Shown here: positions 38,730 to 51,870 of the stretch, one piece after another
Position numbering within the stretch: position 1 is the stretch's first letter
Layout of the letters: each line of letters begins with the position of its first letter
From: Callorhinchus milii
Lineage: Eukaryota
Assembly (NCBI RefSeq): GCF_018977255.1
Contig: NW_024704743.1
Coordinates: 37,884,001-37,948,000 of the forward strand
Reading direction: 5' to 3'
Length of the DNA: 64,000 bases
Made by a program: the position numbers and the translations under genes
The notes under the pieces: generated by a model
What the model saw: the letters and a program-made list of their open reading frames with translations, nothing else
The model's database searches: none
What the model was told of the DNA's origin: nothing

Positions 38730-40642
38730 TGCCCTCGCCTCCTCTGCATCGTCGTTCTACTCCAAGACAATCTTGGAGACCAAGGACGACCCCAGGCTCC
38801 TCTTCTCCATCACCAACCGTCTCCTCTGCTCACCATCTCACGCCTCTCCCATCCTCACCTCCAATGCCAACTGCAAGGCGACGCTGGACATCCTCAAATC
38901 TAAAGTCGAGGGAATCCTCTCAGCTGCATCTGCCAATCCTTCTGCTACACCCTCCCCATCTCTCTCTCCCACCCTGGCCCCTACCCATCCCTCCCTCAAC
39001 ACCCTTGAACCTGTCTCCCCCTCCTCTCTCATCACCACTATAACCCACATGAAACTGACCACTTACTCCCTCGAACCCATCTCTACCCCTCTGCTTACCT
39101 CCCAGCTCCACATCCTTCCCCCTCTACTCACAGACATCATAAACCTCTCCTTGATCCTTTAAAAACGTCCGTCATCACTCCTATCCTGAAAAAACTCCCT
39201 GGACCTATTCCTGCTCTCAAACTCGGCCTATCTCCAACCTCCCCTTCCTCTCCAAGATCCTCGAATGAGTCGTTGCTTCCCAGCTTCGCTTCTTCCTCTC
39301 CCGCCACTCCCTTCAGGAACCCTTCTAATCGGGTTTCCTTGCTGCCCACAGCACAGAAACAGCCCTGGTCAAAGGGACAAATGTCATTCTGTCCATCTGC
39401 GACCTGGGCTCCCTCTACCTCCTCGTCCACCTTGACCTCTCTGCTGCTTTCGACACCGTTGATCACTCTATCCTCATCCACCGGCTCTCCTCTCACCTCA
39501 ACCTTCACAGCGCTGTCCTTGACTGGTTCAGATTGTACCTCACACCACCTCCACTTCATCTCCACAAACGGTTTCTCCTCCAGCCCCCGCACCGTCTCGT
39601 GCGGCGTTCCTCGGGGCTCTGTCCTTGGTCCCCTCCTCTTCAACATTTATATGCTCCCTCTTGGTGACATCATCCGCAGACGTGGGGTCAACTTCCACAT
39701 GTATGCAGATGACACCCAACTCTACCTCTCTGCCTCCACTCTTGACTCCAGGACCACTGCTGTCCTGACAGAATGTCTGTCAGACATCAAGTCCTGGATG
39801 AGAGCTAACTTTCTACAGTTGAACGTCAACAAGACCGAGGCTCTCCTGATTGGCTCCTGTCAGTGCCTCCTCACCTCAGGCGCTGACAGCATCACCATCC
39901 ATGGTTACACACTCCACCTTACTAAGCCAGTCCGGAACCTTGGGGTCTTGTTTGACCTTTAACTATCCTTTCTACCCCACATCCGTGCCATGACCCACTC
40001 TGCCTTCCTCCACCTCTGCAATGTCGCCCGGCTCTGCCATTGTTTCACACTGCAGGCCGCCGAAACCCTCATACACACTTGCATAACATCAAGACTTGAC
40101 TATGCAAATTCCTTTCTTGTCGGCCTCCCCAACTCCTCCCTCCTTAGGCTGCAGATCATCCAGAACTCTACAGCCCGTGTCCTCTCCCACACCAGCCTCC
40201 GTGACCCTATCACTTCCATCCTCGCCTGGCTTACCATCACACAGAGGATACTGTTCAAGATCCTGGTCCTCACCTTCAAAGCCCTTGCCCCCCCATGCAC
40301 CTCTGTGTCCTCTTAACCCTCTACCATTCTGCCTGCTCCCTCCGCTCAGTGGGCTCCGGCCTGTTTCATGTACCCCGCCTCACCCGCCCAACCTTCGACC
40401 ACTCTGCCCCTACTCTCTGGAACTCCATCCCGGAGTCCCGCTGCCTTGCCCCCTCCCTTGCCTCCTTCAAGATCCATCTGAAGATCCTCTTTGACCGTGC
40501 TTCCCATCACCCTGCTTCCCCCCCTGCCCTCCACCCTCCCCAATCCTGACCCCTAGCTCGGGTCCGAAACACTGACTGTCCAGCGCTTTGGGACATTCTC
40601 CCAACATGAAAGACTCTATACAAATATAATTTTTTTGTTGCT
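38730..40642 (+). mobile_element. L2-clade LINE, 5'-truncated, about 1.9 kb, disrupted ORF2 reverse transcriptase
   Basis: GVPRGSVLGPLLFNIYM, YADDTQLYL, LQLNVNKTE, VRNLGVLFD and SRLDYANS motifs spread over several frames; 3' stem-loop tail with TTG-like end. Confidence 0.95.
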
Positions 40643-41210
40643 GTCACTCAAGTGCCCCCAGCAGGCAAAATGATAACCTGCAGGAAAAAAATCCAGCTAA
40701 ACACAAACTGAAAGTCACTAACCTAGTCTGCAATATGAACATATGGTTGTCTACAAAAGCAGCTATGTTGATGTACAATGCAAATAGATTTCTTCCTCTC
40801 CATTTATGCCTCCATTACTTGTCAGTGTACAATTGAGAAATTTTAGTTTTGTCCTCGGGTCATTACTTGGAAATAAGTAGTGAAGTAACACCATCTGTAG
40901 TCTTATCAAAATGACATCATGAATCTTTAATTCACACTATAAAATCCTAGCTCTATTTAAGATTTATAGTGTAAGGTTAAGGATTTATAGTTTGCCTAAA
41001 GCTACCAGTTATTCTCAAGATCCACATAGCTCCCGACTCAGTGCAACACATTTAAAAATTATGCATGCCCATTTTCAGTGAGGATTGTGGGAGCAATATG
41101 ATGGAGAAAATAGCATCCTGATATTTTAAATTTGCTTGACTGTTGTTTAAGAGGAGCAGAGCTTGGCTCGCAATGTGATGTTGATGTGAGCAATGTCAGC
41201 GCCTTGGGAC

Positions 41211-41670
41211 GTTAGAGCACTTGCCTCTCAAGCGAAGAGACCTGGGTTTGATTCCCGGGCAGGGCAAAACATTGGGCAAGATCCAACCCCCACCCCCGCC
41301 AACGGCTCGAAGTCAGGCTCTGCCACTGTTAACTGCTCTCAGACGCTACCCTGCGTGGAGGGTGTTATATAAACGCAAGTTGTTGTTGTTACTCCACACG
41401 CTTCTGTTCACCTAGCAGTAAGTAGGAACCCAGTTGTTAGTCAATTGGCGGACTGCTTTTCCGGGGGTAATATTCCTTTCATAAAAAACAAACAAAAATA
41501 ATAATAATAATAATCCATGACTGTTTGTGGGACAGTGCTGTGCACAATTGACTGCCGGTTTCGTCTTCAAAACATACACTGAATTCACTTTACAGTATAT
41601 TCTGTGAAGCGCTTTGAGACGTCTCGACGAAGTGATAAGGCGCTATATCAAATGGAAGGATTATTATTAC
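41211..41670 (+). mobile_element. tRNA-Ala SINE with nested L2 3' end (41281-41390)
   Basis: The SINE sequence stops at gggcaag and resumes at ttactccacac after an L2 tail ending in (TTG)n. Confidence 0.87.
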
Positions 41671-44600
41671 ATCAATATTACTTCCTCCTATAATGGAATG
41701 GACTGTCATGATGTCAAATAGGTCTTTAATGATGTTGAAATGCTCACACAAAAATGAATATCTAGCTGATGTCACTAGCCATTAATGATAAAAAACTATG
41801 GAAATTAAGCCAAACGTTTCATGTGGTATTCCATCTTAGACTCATAAAAATCAGCAATCCTTTTAAGGCCGAGAAAGTTACCAATTAATTTGCCCTGGCT
41901 GAGCTAGCAATCTTCCATAAAGAACAACTTATTCGAATACTCATTCTTGTTTCTTACAGAAAATTATATTGCTGTTTCCCACCACTTCAGTAAAGATATC
42001 TGTATCCATAAACGTTTTAATAAATAAACTCCCTCGTACTAAAGAGTTTGCATCGTCAGGCAATCTGAACTTCGCAATTTGCTTTTGCTGCGGACACTGG
42101 AGATGCAACTATCTACTGCTGTTATTTCAGTAACCCTCAATTCTTTTCAGTCTGCATTGCATGCCTCAACCTTTGAAGCATTCCTGATCATTTTTATGTA
42201 GCATTTCATCCAACTATATGTCTAAAGATTATGCAGTGCAAAAAAGACTGATAGACTATGCCAGGAAAGTTCCCTTGAGCTAGTCCACTTAGAATAGAAT
42301 TCGCCACATGAGATCAATTATTCTTTCTCCAGAAGCATCTCTTTCTAAAAAACTGCAAAAAATGTCTCTCTTCAACAGCAATTCAGCCATAAGGGAATAG
42401 ACACACAATCCACTCCCATTATCTCCTATTGTACAAGAAAGGAAAGTACAAGGGAGGCAAGAAACTCCAAAATCTTGAGGTCCTAAGAAATTAACTGTGT
42501 TTTCAATGCTGGAAGGAAAAAGAACATGTAGGATGGAAAATAATTCATGAGGAGCCTGTCATATACAGGTGCCTGTGAACACACCAGGGTTAGAGACCAT
42601 GTTGAAAGTTTTACTGATACTGGACACAAATTGGACGGAATAAACAGATGCAGGAATTGCAGTGTTCAGAGAATTAAGCCATATAGTGAAGTTAATCCGT
42701 TGTCTAGGAATTAATTTCACTATATGGCTTCAATCTACAATTTGCCCCAAATCCCTACACAGTTTTACAACACAGTAATATTACTGTAGATAATGCTCCA
42801 TGATTTACAGGAAAGGTTACAAAATCAGAAGTCTTCACGAAAGGCTTGTTAGTATAAGAAACATGCCACAACTCCAAATAATATATGCAAAAATAAAATA
42901 TGTTGCATAATACATACACAGATTCATTCAATAGGAATGCATTCCCCTACCTTAACAGTTAATCCTGATCTTGGATTTTTAAAAATATATATACTCAATG
43001 AACTCCAGTCCGGGAGATTACTAGTTAATGTCACATAGAGAGACACAGAAGGAAAATGCTGAAATGTAAATCTCTTTTACTTATGTCTGGAGAAAAAGAG
43101 AATGAAAACAATACAAGCTGTGGATCGCACCATGCAATGCAGGAATCATCAACATGCCGTGGTCGACTGTGGTGAGCGCGGCAGAAAGATCCAGGAGAAC
43201 GAGGAGGCAGTACAGTATATTTTACAGAATATTCTGTGAAGTGCTTTGAGAAGTCTCATTGATGTGATAAGGTGCTATATCAAATGCAAGGATTATTATT
43301 ATTATAATAGGGCACAATCAGCAGTCAGCACTTCACTGCACATGTGCTGATAAACAGGATGTTCTGTCAGCGTTTAAATCACTGGGCAGCATGCCACAGG
43401 AAGACAAACTGACCGACATATGGTTAATCAGGATGGTGCCAATGTCGCTACGTGTGCTTTGTATGCATGTATGTCGCATATAGCTGTGCACATCACACTG
43501 ATTAAAAGGTGCAGTTGCACTCCAATTTTGGAGAGTGTCTGAGTTATAAGGACATTAGACATTTCTTGTTAGTAACGGTCATCTTAAAGCTAATGGCTGA
43601 CAGGAACAAATTGAAAAGCCAAATGAAATAATGTTTTACTACAACCTGTACATCAAGAGATTTCTCCTGAGATTCCTCTTCATTTTTCAAAAATCTCATG
43701 CCTTTTCATGTTGTTTTTAGTCTTTTCTTACTCACTAAATACTGAATGATCCCAGTGCTTTCTTACAAAATCAAATTCTATTTTAGAGTCATCTTAAATA
43801 TGTCCATTGTCAACTGGACAATCAAACAAACAGCATTTACATAGTGTCCTTCATGTCAGGAGAACGTCCCAAGACACTGAACGACACTCACTATCCAACA
43901 ATAACAATGATTTGCACTTATATAATGCCTTTCACGAAGGGAGAATGTCTCAAAGTGCTTTACAAATACTGAGTGTAGTCCGAGCTGGGAGGGAGATTGT
44001 AGAGGTGAGGAAATCTGGCTGAAGACTTTAGACAAGTTTTGAAAAAGTGAGGAGGGGCACGACAAAGGGATTTCAGAAATGTGCCTGATAGTAGTTAAGC
44101 ACGTTCCAGGAGAGGACTGAGCCACCACTGACAAAAATTAATTGTTAAATACCCTGTCACACCGGAGTGCACATCATATGGCAGATTACACTCCCAGTCT
44201 GTAGCTGCTGATCCTCTTCCTTAAGACATTGGCCTAGACTTTTTATTTTTCAGCATCATCGAAATAAATCACATTAGACAGCCAGAAACAATTCTCTTTC
44301 CCCCCCACCCCTCTGTATTTTATTTTATTTTCCTGGGTGCCCAGGGGCTGTTGTCATCCATGAGAATATCTCGGGAAGAGTTTTAAAAAATAATCTGGGC
44401 TGAATTCTCCTTTGTGGAGAGAATGGCCTCCAACTGTGTCTCACATTTCCATAGTTCTGGCAGATATAATTAAGAGGAGGAACTGCATTTTTCATTGTGA
44501 GGAACAGAAGAGCTGAATAAGGAATAAACCATTGAGCTCATTGAGATGGTCCTTGATAGATCAGGTTACAAATCTAATCCAACTGATATAATTCCCTTCA

Positions 44601-44779
44601 TTCATCTTGCTCCATTTCCATGGAGTCCTGAACACAATTACAAATGATATTTTCTGCTGCACAATTCTCTCTCTTGTTGTTTGGCAAACAATTAAGTTTA
44701 AATGTTCTGCAACTTGATACTGTGTAAAGAGCTACTTTGCAGATCAGTAATTCTTTTAAACAAAAAAAAGTAATGTATA

Positions 44780-45790
44780 CATCATCACTCAATCCACGAC
44801 TGTTTGTGGGACACTGCTGTGCGCAATTAGCTGCCACTTTTCGCCCACAAAATATACAGTGAATTCACTTTACAGTGTACGTGATAAGGTGCTATATCAA
44901 ATGCAAGGAGTATTATTTTATCATATATGCATTTTTGGACTAATGTATTTTAACAATAATCCTTGCATTTGATATAGCTCCTTATCATGCTGCTGAAACA
45001 CCTCAAAGCACTTCACAATATATACTGTAAAGCGGTGCGATTCTTGTGTATTTTGTGGGCAAATGTGGCAGCCAATTTGGGTTTAGCAATGTCCTAGAAA
45101 TAGCCTTTGACTGATTTTTGTCCAGTACCCCAGGAGAAACTCCCTTCTCTTTTTATAGGGAGCATCTCTCGATTTAAACCCATTTTCTTTAAAGAAAAAA
45201 AACACAACCTTAATAATAAATAATAATAATCCTTGCATTTGATATAGCGCTTTTCACGTCGGGAGGACGTCCAAAGCACTTCACAGAATATACTGTAAAG
45301 TGAATTGACTGTATATTTTATGGGCGAAACACGGCAGCGACTTGCACACTGCAGACTTCCATAAACAGTCGTGGATTAAAGTGACCAATTTATTATATCA
45401 ATACAAGGATTAGTATTGTTATACAGGACAAGTGCAACTGTTTAGTGACCGTCAGCGGGTAGTGCCAACCTTTGAATGAGACGTTAAACCGAGACCGCTT
45501 GGATGTTGAAGAACTCATGGCATTTTTCAAAAAGAGAAGGAAGTTTTTCCTGATGTCCTGGCCAACAATCTGCCAGATAAACTTGTTCACTTCATGGCTG
45601 TTTGTGGGATATTGCTGTGTACAAATTACCTGCTGTGTCTATAAAATGCAGTCACTGCACTTCATAAAAAGTTAGTGGACAGAGGGTCAGTGAGTGGGGT
45701 GTGATGGGTGGAGTTTGATGCAGCAAAATGTGAAATGTCTGGATGACGTGATAAAGTGCTGTTCAATAATATGCAAGAATTATTTATTAG
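44780..45790. mobile_element. Cluster of SINE fragments in alternating orientation
   Basis: At least four SINE 3' or central modules (about 44780+, 44955-, 45210-, 45440+). Confidence 0.75.
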
Positions 45791-47172
45791 GTTATTGAAC
45801 ACATGTTCTAAGTTCAGGATAGCAAACTGAGTGAAAACACACTTATAAATTAGTAGCATATTGATATTTTAATGCTTTACGCTGAAGTAGACCACTGGTT
45901 CTCTTAAGTCGATCAACCCAATTTCCCCAAAGTTCCTTCTGACACATCTACCTCATCATCATATAATCCTATATCCTTTTAAATTCCAAGAACTTGTTCC
46001 TTTTCATTCTGATGTTGCTTACATAACATTTTAGTTCACTTGTTTGTTTGTTTGATCAAGGATTATAGCATTATTCTCTGTTCAAGCATTTTCAAAATCA
46101 GGCTTTCAAAGCTAGCAAAATAATTATTAATTGTAATGGATACAGTTTTCCTTTCCCTTCTCTCTCCTCTTGTCCATGCTTCTCTCTGCTGAATTTTCAA
46201 TCTTATTTCTGGCTAGCTAAACCAGTAATTTGGAATGGATGCCACCGAGTCGAAGAGGGTAGGTGAACGTAGGTGATCGAAGAGATACGTTTTAAGGAAT
46301 GTGTTAAAGACAGAAAGAAAGGGAGCTGAGATGGAGGGATAGAAGAAGGGAGTTCCAGGTTAGCAGCATAGCAGCTGAATGCTTGGCACTGTTTTTTTTT
46401 GGCACTGTCTTAAATGCTGTACTCTGTCCAGTACCTTGGGACATCCTCCCGGCGTGAAAGGTGCTATACAAATGTAATCTTGTTGTTATTGTTTTGTGTG
46501 TGTGTGGCATGGAGGTTGGTGGGTAATATGCACCAGGTGGAGGGATGAGGAGAGTGTCACACAAAATATACAGTCAATTCACTTTACAGTATATGTAAGG
46601 AGGATAGATAGTCATTAATTGGTCATTTGATATCCAACTGTGTGGTTTGAGTCCTCATTAAGTGGATGGTAGGTACCAGGACCTCCCTGTGAGCTGGCCG
46701 GTGACAACACATTTCAGCATGAAATGCGTGAGAGCATTGTCATCATCTTCCTCTCTGCAGCTCAGACACACGTCCCTTCTCTTGCCTTCCACCAGTTGGA
46801 GGCGGGGAGTTTAAGCCGCTGCTGCTTACCTCTCTGCAAGCCAAACCAGGTGGATTCCGGACGCTGGCACACAGCAATATTCTACAATCAGTCATGAGTG
46901 ATTGCCCAAATGTTTTAATCTGGGGAATTTTCCGGCGTGAACAGCACTATATAAATGCAAATTGTTGTTGTTGGCCAGGACACCAGGAGAAACTCTCTAC
47001 TCTTTGCTGGAAAGGACAATATGTGCACCAGACACTCTGCGACTCTTCCTCCCATCATGAACTCAAAAGTCCCAACGTGGGGCTTGAATCCACAAGAGTG
47101 CTACCAGTGAAGCTAGGCTGACTCTATACCATCCTGTCTTCACTATGTTCAAAATATAAAGCACCGACTTAC

Positions 47173-47342
47173 AGTTCTTCTCCTTTCCGGGCTTTCTTAT
47201 CCAATACAAGGGAAACCATTCCAAAACTGCCTCTGCCGAGTCTTTCCTTAACCAGATATCTTCTTGCAATCAATGGTTCAGTGCAGACAATTCCTGCTGA
47301 AGCGCCTGTGATGCATTTTATTGCTTCTCGAAATTTAGGCAT
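47173..47342 (-). CDS. NEK11: NEK11 first coding exon (kinase N-lobe, Gly-rich loop)
   Basis: Hand translation gives MPKFREAIKCITGASAGIVCTEPLIARRYLVKERLGRGSFGMVSLVLDKKARKGEE+CT, matching the vertebrate NEK11 N-terminus (LIARRY..LGxGSFG). In-frame upstream TAA at 47427-47429. Donor GTAAGT at 47172. Likely acceptor ttttctgtttgttttag puts the exon start at 47471. Confidence 0.93.
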
Positions 47343-47574
47343 TTTTGTTTTCTCCAGAAGGAGAGAACTGACCGGTTCCTTCCAGAAAGAATTTTTACCC
47401 GCAGAAACGGGACTACCAAATGTCCATTAAAATAAAGCGTTGGCTGTGTTTCCAATAGTGTATTCGAGGCCCTAAAACAAACAGAAAATTATTATATTGT
47501 TAGTTTTAATGTAACATTACAAAAGCTATTGATCCAATAGTAATTACAGCTTGCAGTAGAAAACCATGAACAGT

Positions 47575-47790
47575 AAACAACAACTTGCCCTTCACAAGGG
47601 GCAGCGTTTCAGAGCACTTAACAGTGCCAGATCCTGACGCAGGACCAGGCGGAGTGAGAAGGTAACCGTAAGCATGGTCAAAGAGGAAGGTCTTCAGTAG
47701 TGATCTAAAGGAGGGGGAAGAAGGGGGAAAGGTGGAGGGATTGAGGGAGAGTTCCAAAGCTTCAGGGTATAGTGGCTGAAAGCTCCATAT
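47575..47790 (-). mobile_element. L2 LINE 3' end (also duplicated near 58730-58945)
   Basis: FRSLLKTFLFD remnant and (CAA)n tail. Confidence 0.8.
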
Positions 47791-47914
47791 AGTAATCAGA
47801 GAATCTGCATTTTTTTTTCCTGAATGAACAAGACTTACAAGCAATGAAGCTTCACTTTAGCTATAATGCTGTTGAAATGAAACAAATATTCCATTTAGCT
47901 TGTGTAGACACTTA

Positions 47915-48220
47915 GGGTGTGTTTCCCCTGGTAGGAGAATCTATAACCAGGGGTCACAGTCTTAAAATTAAGGGTCAGCCTCTTAGAACTGACTGAAAAA
48001 CTGAAATTCACTACCCCAGAAGGCTGTAAATGCTCAGTCCTTGAACATCTTCAAGGCTGAGATTGATAGATTTTTTAAAAATAGAGGGATTAGGGGATAT
48101 GGGCATAGGACAGGTAATTAGAGTTGGGTCTGAAGATCAGCCATGATCTTATCGAATGGCGGGGCAGGCTCGAGGGGCCGAATGGCCTACTCCTGCTCCT
48201 AATTCTTATGTTTTTATGTG
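47915..48220 (+). mobile_element. CR1 LINE 3' fragment (also duplicated near 59065-59360)
   Basis: Near-identical in its 3' part to 4282-4471. Confidence 0.85.
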
Positions 48221-49297
48221 CAGTACTATATTTTGACTGAGACACAACTCTATACTGAGATGTGAGTTTAACTTACTGTTTAGGAGTGGGATTTTGGTCC
48301 TGTATCCTCCAGCTTTTTTTTTATGTTCAGCACGGTGAACAATCACAAAGCACAGTGGCTAATCATTAAAGGTATATAAGTCAGCATTAGTTAATGGATG
48401 CTTATGCAGGAAGGTGCAGAATGTGCAACACAAAGATATTGGGAAAGACTTCCATTTTCATTTTATAATCAGTGGGTGGTTTATTAAAGGGAAATCGAAA
48501 GAGATATTTGGACAGCTCTGACATAAGAGGTTAAATGCTTTACTTCAAAGAGGTTCCAGAATAGCATTAGTGTCATTGATTGAAAAGGTCTCTTAATTAG
48601 CAGTTCTGGGTTAAATGTGCATGATAGTTTCCAAGGTAACCGTGCCATGTTAAACGCTGAAATAAAGGTGATGTTTAACTTCAGAACAGCTGTGCAGATG
48701 CAATATGGATACCAGAGAGCTCAGTGCCAATTGCCAGAGCATGAGTTACTATGGTTACAGGTGACGCTCCCCAATACAGTAATGAGACTATGAAAATGTT
48801 CCGCAAATACCAGAAGCTAATGGAAAACTAGTTCTGGTCCAATGTTATTTCACGCACATCGAATGAGATAGCATTGATCACATAATAATAAAAATAATCC
48901 TTGCATTTGATATAGCGCCTCATCACGTCTTTGAGACGTCTCAAAGCGCTTCACAGAATACACTGCAAAGTGAATTGACTGCATATTTTGTGGCATTATT
49001 AGCTATATATCTTTTTACACACAGTTTCTGATTTATTTAAAGATTGGAAACATAATCATTTAGAACCTAATATTACAGTTCATAAGATATTCAGGAACCA
49101 CTCCAGTGATTGTGTCTTTTTCTTTCGTACAGAATGCATTCAACTCTTCAGCCAAGTGACCAGTATACATCATACAATACAAAATTACATTTGTATAGCG
49201 CCTTTCATCTCTGGAGGGTGTCCCAAGGCACTGGACAGTCATATATTAGCCCTGAGAGCAAGTATTGGCAGGCAAATGAGCCATTGCTAAAAGTGTT

Positions 49298-49498
49298 GTG
49301 GTGCTTCTGTTTGCAGGTGGTTTTGTGCTGTTGGTGGACTCACCTGGTCATCTCGTGGCTGCACTCAGTGCACCTACTTTGGGCCACTTAGCAAGATATG
49401 GTATTATGGCTCTGCATGGCTTGAGAGTGGATCTCAAAGGTATTCACTGCAAGATACAAGGGGCATCCACTCCAATGCACCAGTATCTGGGGCTGTAG
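49298..49498 (+). mobile_element. Degenerate non-LTR RT fossil, domains 5-7 (also duplicated at 60450-60650)
   Basis: LLFAGGFVLLVDS resembles LLFADDLVLLADS, followed by GLRVDLK and QYLG. Confidence 0.5.
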
Positions 49499-49662
49499 TG
49501 GACCCATCATTTCCTTGGATATTGTCCTTCAGGACTGCACTGCGTTGAGAAGGGACAAAGGGCACTCTGGTTGTTCTTATCTATCTTCAGTGGTAGATGA
49601 GTCCCAGTGCAGGTTAATCTTGTGCTGGGATGACAGCTATTGGAAAGCGGTCCACAATACTC

Positions 49663-49910
49663 AGTCAGCCCGGTTCAATTAGTTGCACCTCACCTCTGAG
49701 TCAGAAGGTTGTGGGTTCAAGCCAGGCATCAGGACTTTAAACTCACAACGTCTAGGCAGGGTGATATTCCAATGTATTGCTGGGGCAATTCTGCATTGTC
49801 AGAGATGCCATTCGTCAGATGAGATGTTAAACCAAAGTCCTGTCTTTCTGTTCAGGTGGGCATTAAAGATCAATCGAAACTTCCAAAAAGGGAGGTTCTC
49901 TTAAGTATCC
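49663..49910 (+). mobile_element. DeuSINE-like 5' and central part (also duplicated near 60815-61065)
   Basis: ctctgagtcagaaggttgtgggttcaagcc head plus central domain. Confidence 0.72.
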
Positions 49911-50079
49911 TAGCTAAAAACCAAAGAAGTGATCTTGGTTAAGTGAACAGGTCACATGCACAATTTGGAGAGAAGATTGAAACCTTTTGGTATTCAAAAT
50001 TTATGACAGAGAAACTTGTGTTGCAGTTTATGCCGCAACACAAGTTCCCTCACCAGCACCGCTTTTTTCCACCTCCGAC

Positions 50080-50543
50080 AAAACTCCGCTCCCCGATCAC
50101 CCGAGTCCCAGTCCTTGCCAGACTGCACTGGCTGCCTATCCCAGAGAGGATCGATTTCAAGATCCTCACCCTTGTATTCAATTCCCTTCACTCCTCTGCA
50201 CCCCCCTCCTCTCTGAACTCCTCTCTCCTCAAAACAGTACTCGTTGCCCTCGTTCCTCCGGGTCTGGCCTCCTCCTCGTCCCCCGAGTCCTTCGCTCCAC
50301 CCTCGGTGGCTGTGCCTTCAGCCATTATGCCCCGAGTACTCTGGAACTGCCTTCCTCACTCCCTTCGCCTCGCTCCCTCTCTTCCTATTTTCAGGTCTCT
50401 GCTGAAGACCTTTCTGTTCGACCGCACCTTCAGTCACCTTCCCCCCCTCCCCCTGGCTCGGCCCCGGGATCCGTTACTGTGAAGCGCTCTGAGACGCCGT
50501 CCGGCGTGGGGGGGCGCTATATAAATCCAAGTTGTTGTTGTTG
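50080..50543 (+). mobile_element. L2 LINE 3' fragment (also duplicated near 61233-61696)
   Basis: LARLHWLPIPERIDFKIL and FRSLLKTFLFD; tail gcgctctgagacgccgtccggcgtggggggcgc...(TTG)n. Confidence 0.9.
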
Positions 50544-51232
50544 TATGCCACTTATCGAATAACTAGACAACTGGCACTATTATGCTACTGCATACTTGTG
50601 CTGTACATTAGCAAATAATAATCCTGGCATTTGATGAATGTGCCCCTGCAGAACTTGATATACCCAAAAAATCTTCAAAATCATGTTTTATTTAGCATAT
50701 CTTTCAACATACCAATAATCATTGAGCTTAATAATTAGTTTGTTTATGTGAGAACATCTTGGTTCTCTGCAGTTAGTCTTTCTGGCAGAAGCACATTCAT
50801 TCCGACGACTTGAAACCACACAAACTTTTCTGCCTTTCTGAAAAACTTTACCTGCCCCAACCGCAGCGCTTTGGTGGAGAGAATACAAGAAAAGATCATT
50901 TCACAATAAATACAGCAAATGCATCTTCCAGTGACGCAGCGAAACAAGGAAACAATTCCAACAGTTGTTTACTTTAGAAATACCCCAAATAGCGAGGAGC
51001 AACATCTTATAACAAGAACAAAGCATCCACCCCACTGCGTGGCTGTACAAAGCGAGGCTTGTGTGAATGTTACATAGACCTCGAGGGGGAAGCGAGACAC
51101 ACAGCTACTGAATAGGTGAGTTGAAAGTGGAGTTGAAAGCTCCTACAAGATATCTTGCTGCTCACCTGCCGAGGTAATAGCAGGCAGGTGCCCTGAGGAG
51201 AGGCTGTGTAGTGTATAGTGGCTGTGCAGTCA

Positions 51233-51697
51233 GTCACTGGGAGCTGCTGTGGGGAGGCTGCGCAGTGGGTCACTGGGAGCTGCTCTGGAGAGGCTGCGCA
51301 GTGGGTCACTGGGAGCTGCTCTGGAGAGGCTGCGCAGTGGGTCACTGGGAGCTGCTCTGGAGAGGCTGCGCAGTGGGTCACTGGGAGCTGCTCTGGAGAG
51401 GCTGTGCAGTCACTGGGAGCTGCTGTGGGGAGGCTGCGCAGTGGGTCACTGGGAGCTGCTCTGGAGAGGCTGCGCAGTGGGTCACTGGGAGCTGCTCTGG
51501 AGAGGCTGCGCAGTGGGTCACTGGGAGCTGCTCTGGAGAGGCTGCGCAGTGGGTCACTGGGAGCTGCTCTGGAGGAGGCTGCGCAGTGGGTCACTGGGAG
51601 CTGCTCTGGAGAGGCTGCGCAGTGGGTCACTGGGAGCTGCTGTGGGGAGGCTGCGCAGTGGGTCACTGGGAGCTGCTCTGGAGAGGCTGCGCAGTGG
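51233..51697. repeat. 36-bp minisatellite, 13 units
   Basis: Unit GTCACTGGGAGCTGCTCTGGAGAGGCTGCGCAGTGG with variants; unit 5 is shortened to 32 bp. Confidence 0.97.
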
Positions 51698-51870
51698 CCG
51701 CTGCGCGCGGACCAGCACAGCGTTCGCTCCGTCTCTCCGCGACGGCGCGGGGCATGCCGGGAGAGCTCGCCGCCAGCCTCGGGCCGTGCGGCTTCACCGT
51801 GACGTCACTGCCATGGCGGCCGCCGGCTGAGGCCGAGACCCCCACAGCAGCCACAGAGCCAGAGGGTGAG
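51697..51870. promoter_or_regulatory. CpG island, probable bidirectional promoter with full CRE
   Basis: CpG-dense patch in a CpG-poor window, about 4.3 kb upstream of the NEK11 ATG exon. Palindrome GTGACGTCAC at 51799-51808. + strand donor-like AGG|GTGAGG at 51865/51866. Confidence 0.75.

Noticed and set aside
38680..40549. Active LINE or host RT gene
   Set aside because: 5'-truncated, no endonuclease or ORF1, multiple stops and frameshifts.
51233..51697. CRISPR-like 36-bp repeats
   Set aside because: Units are head-to-tail without unique spacers, there are no cas genes, and the context is a vertebrate genome.
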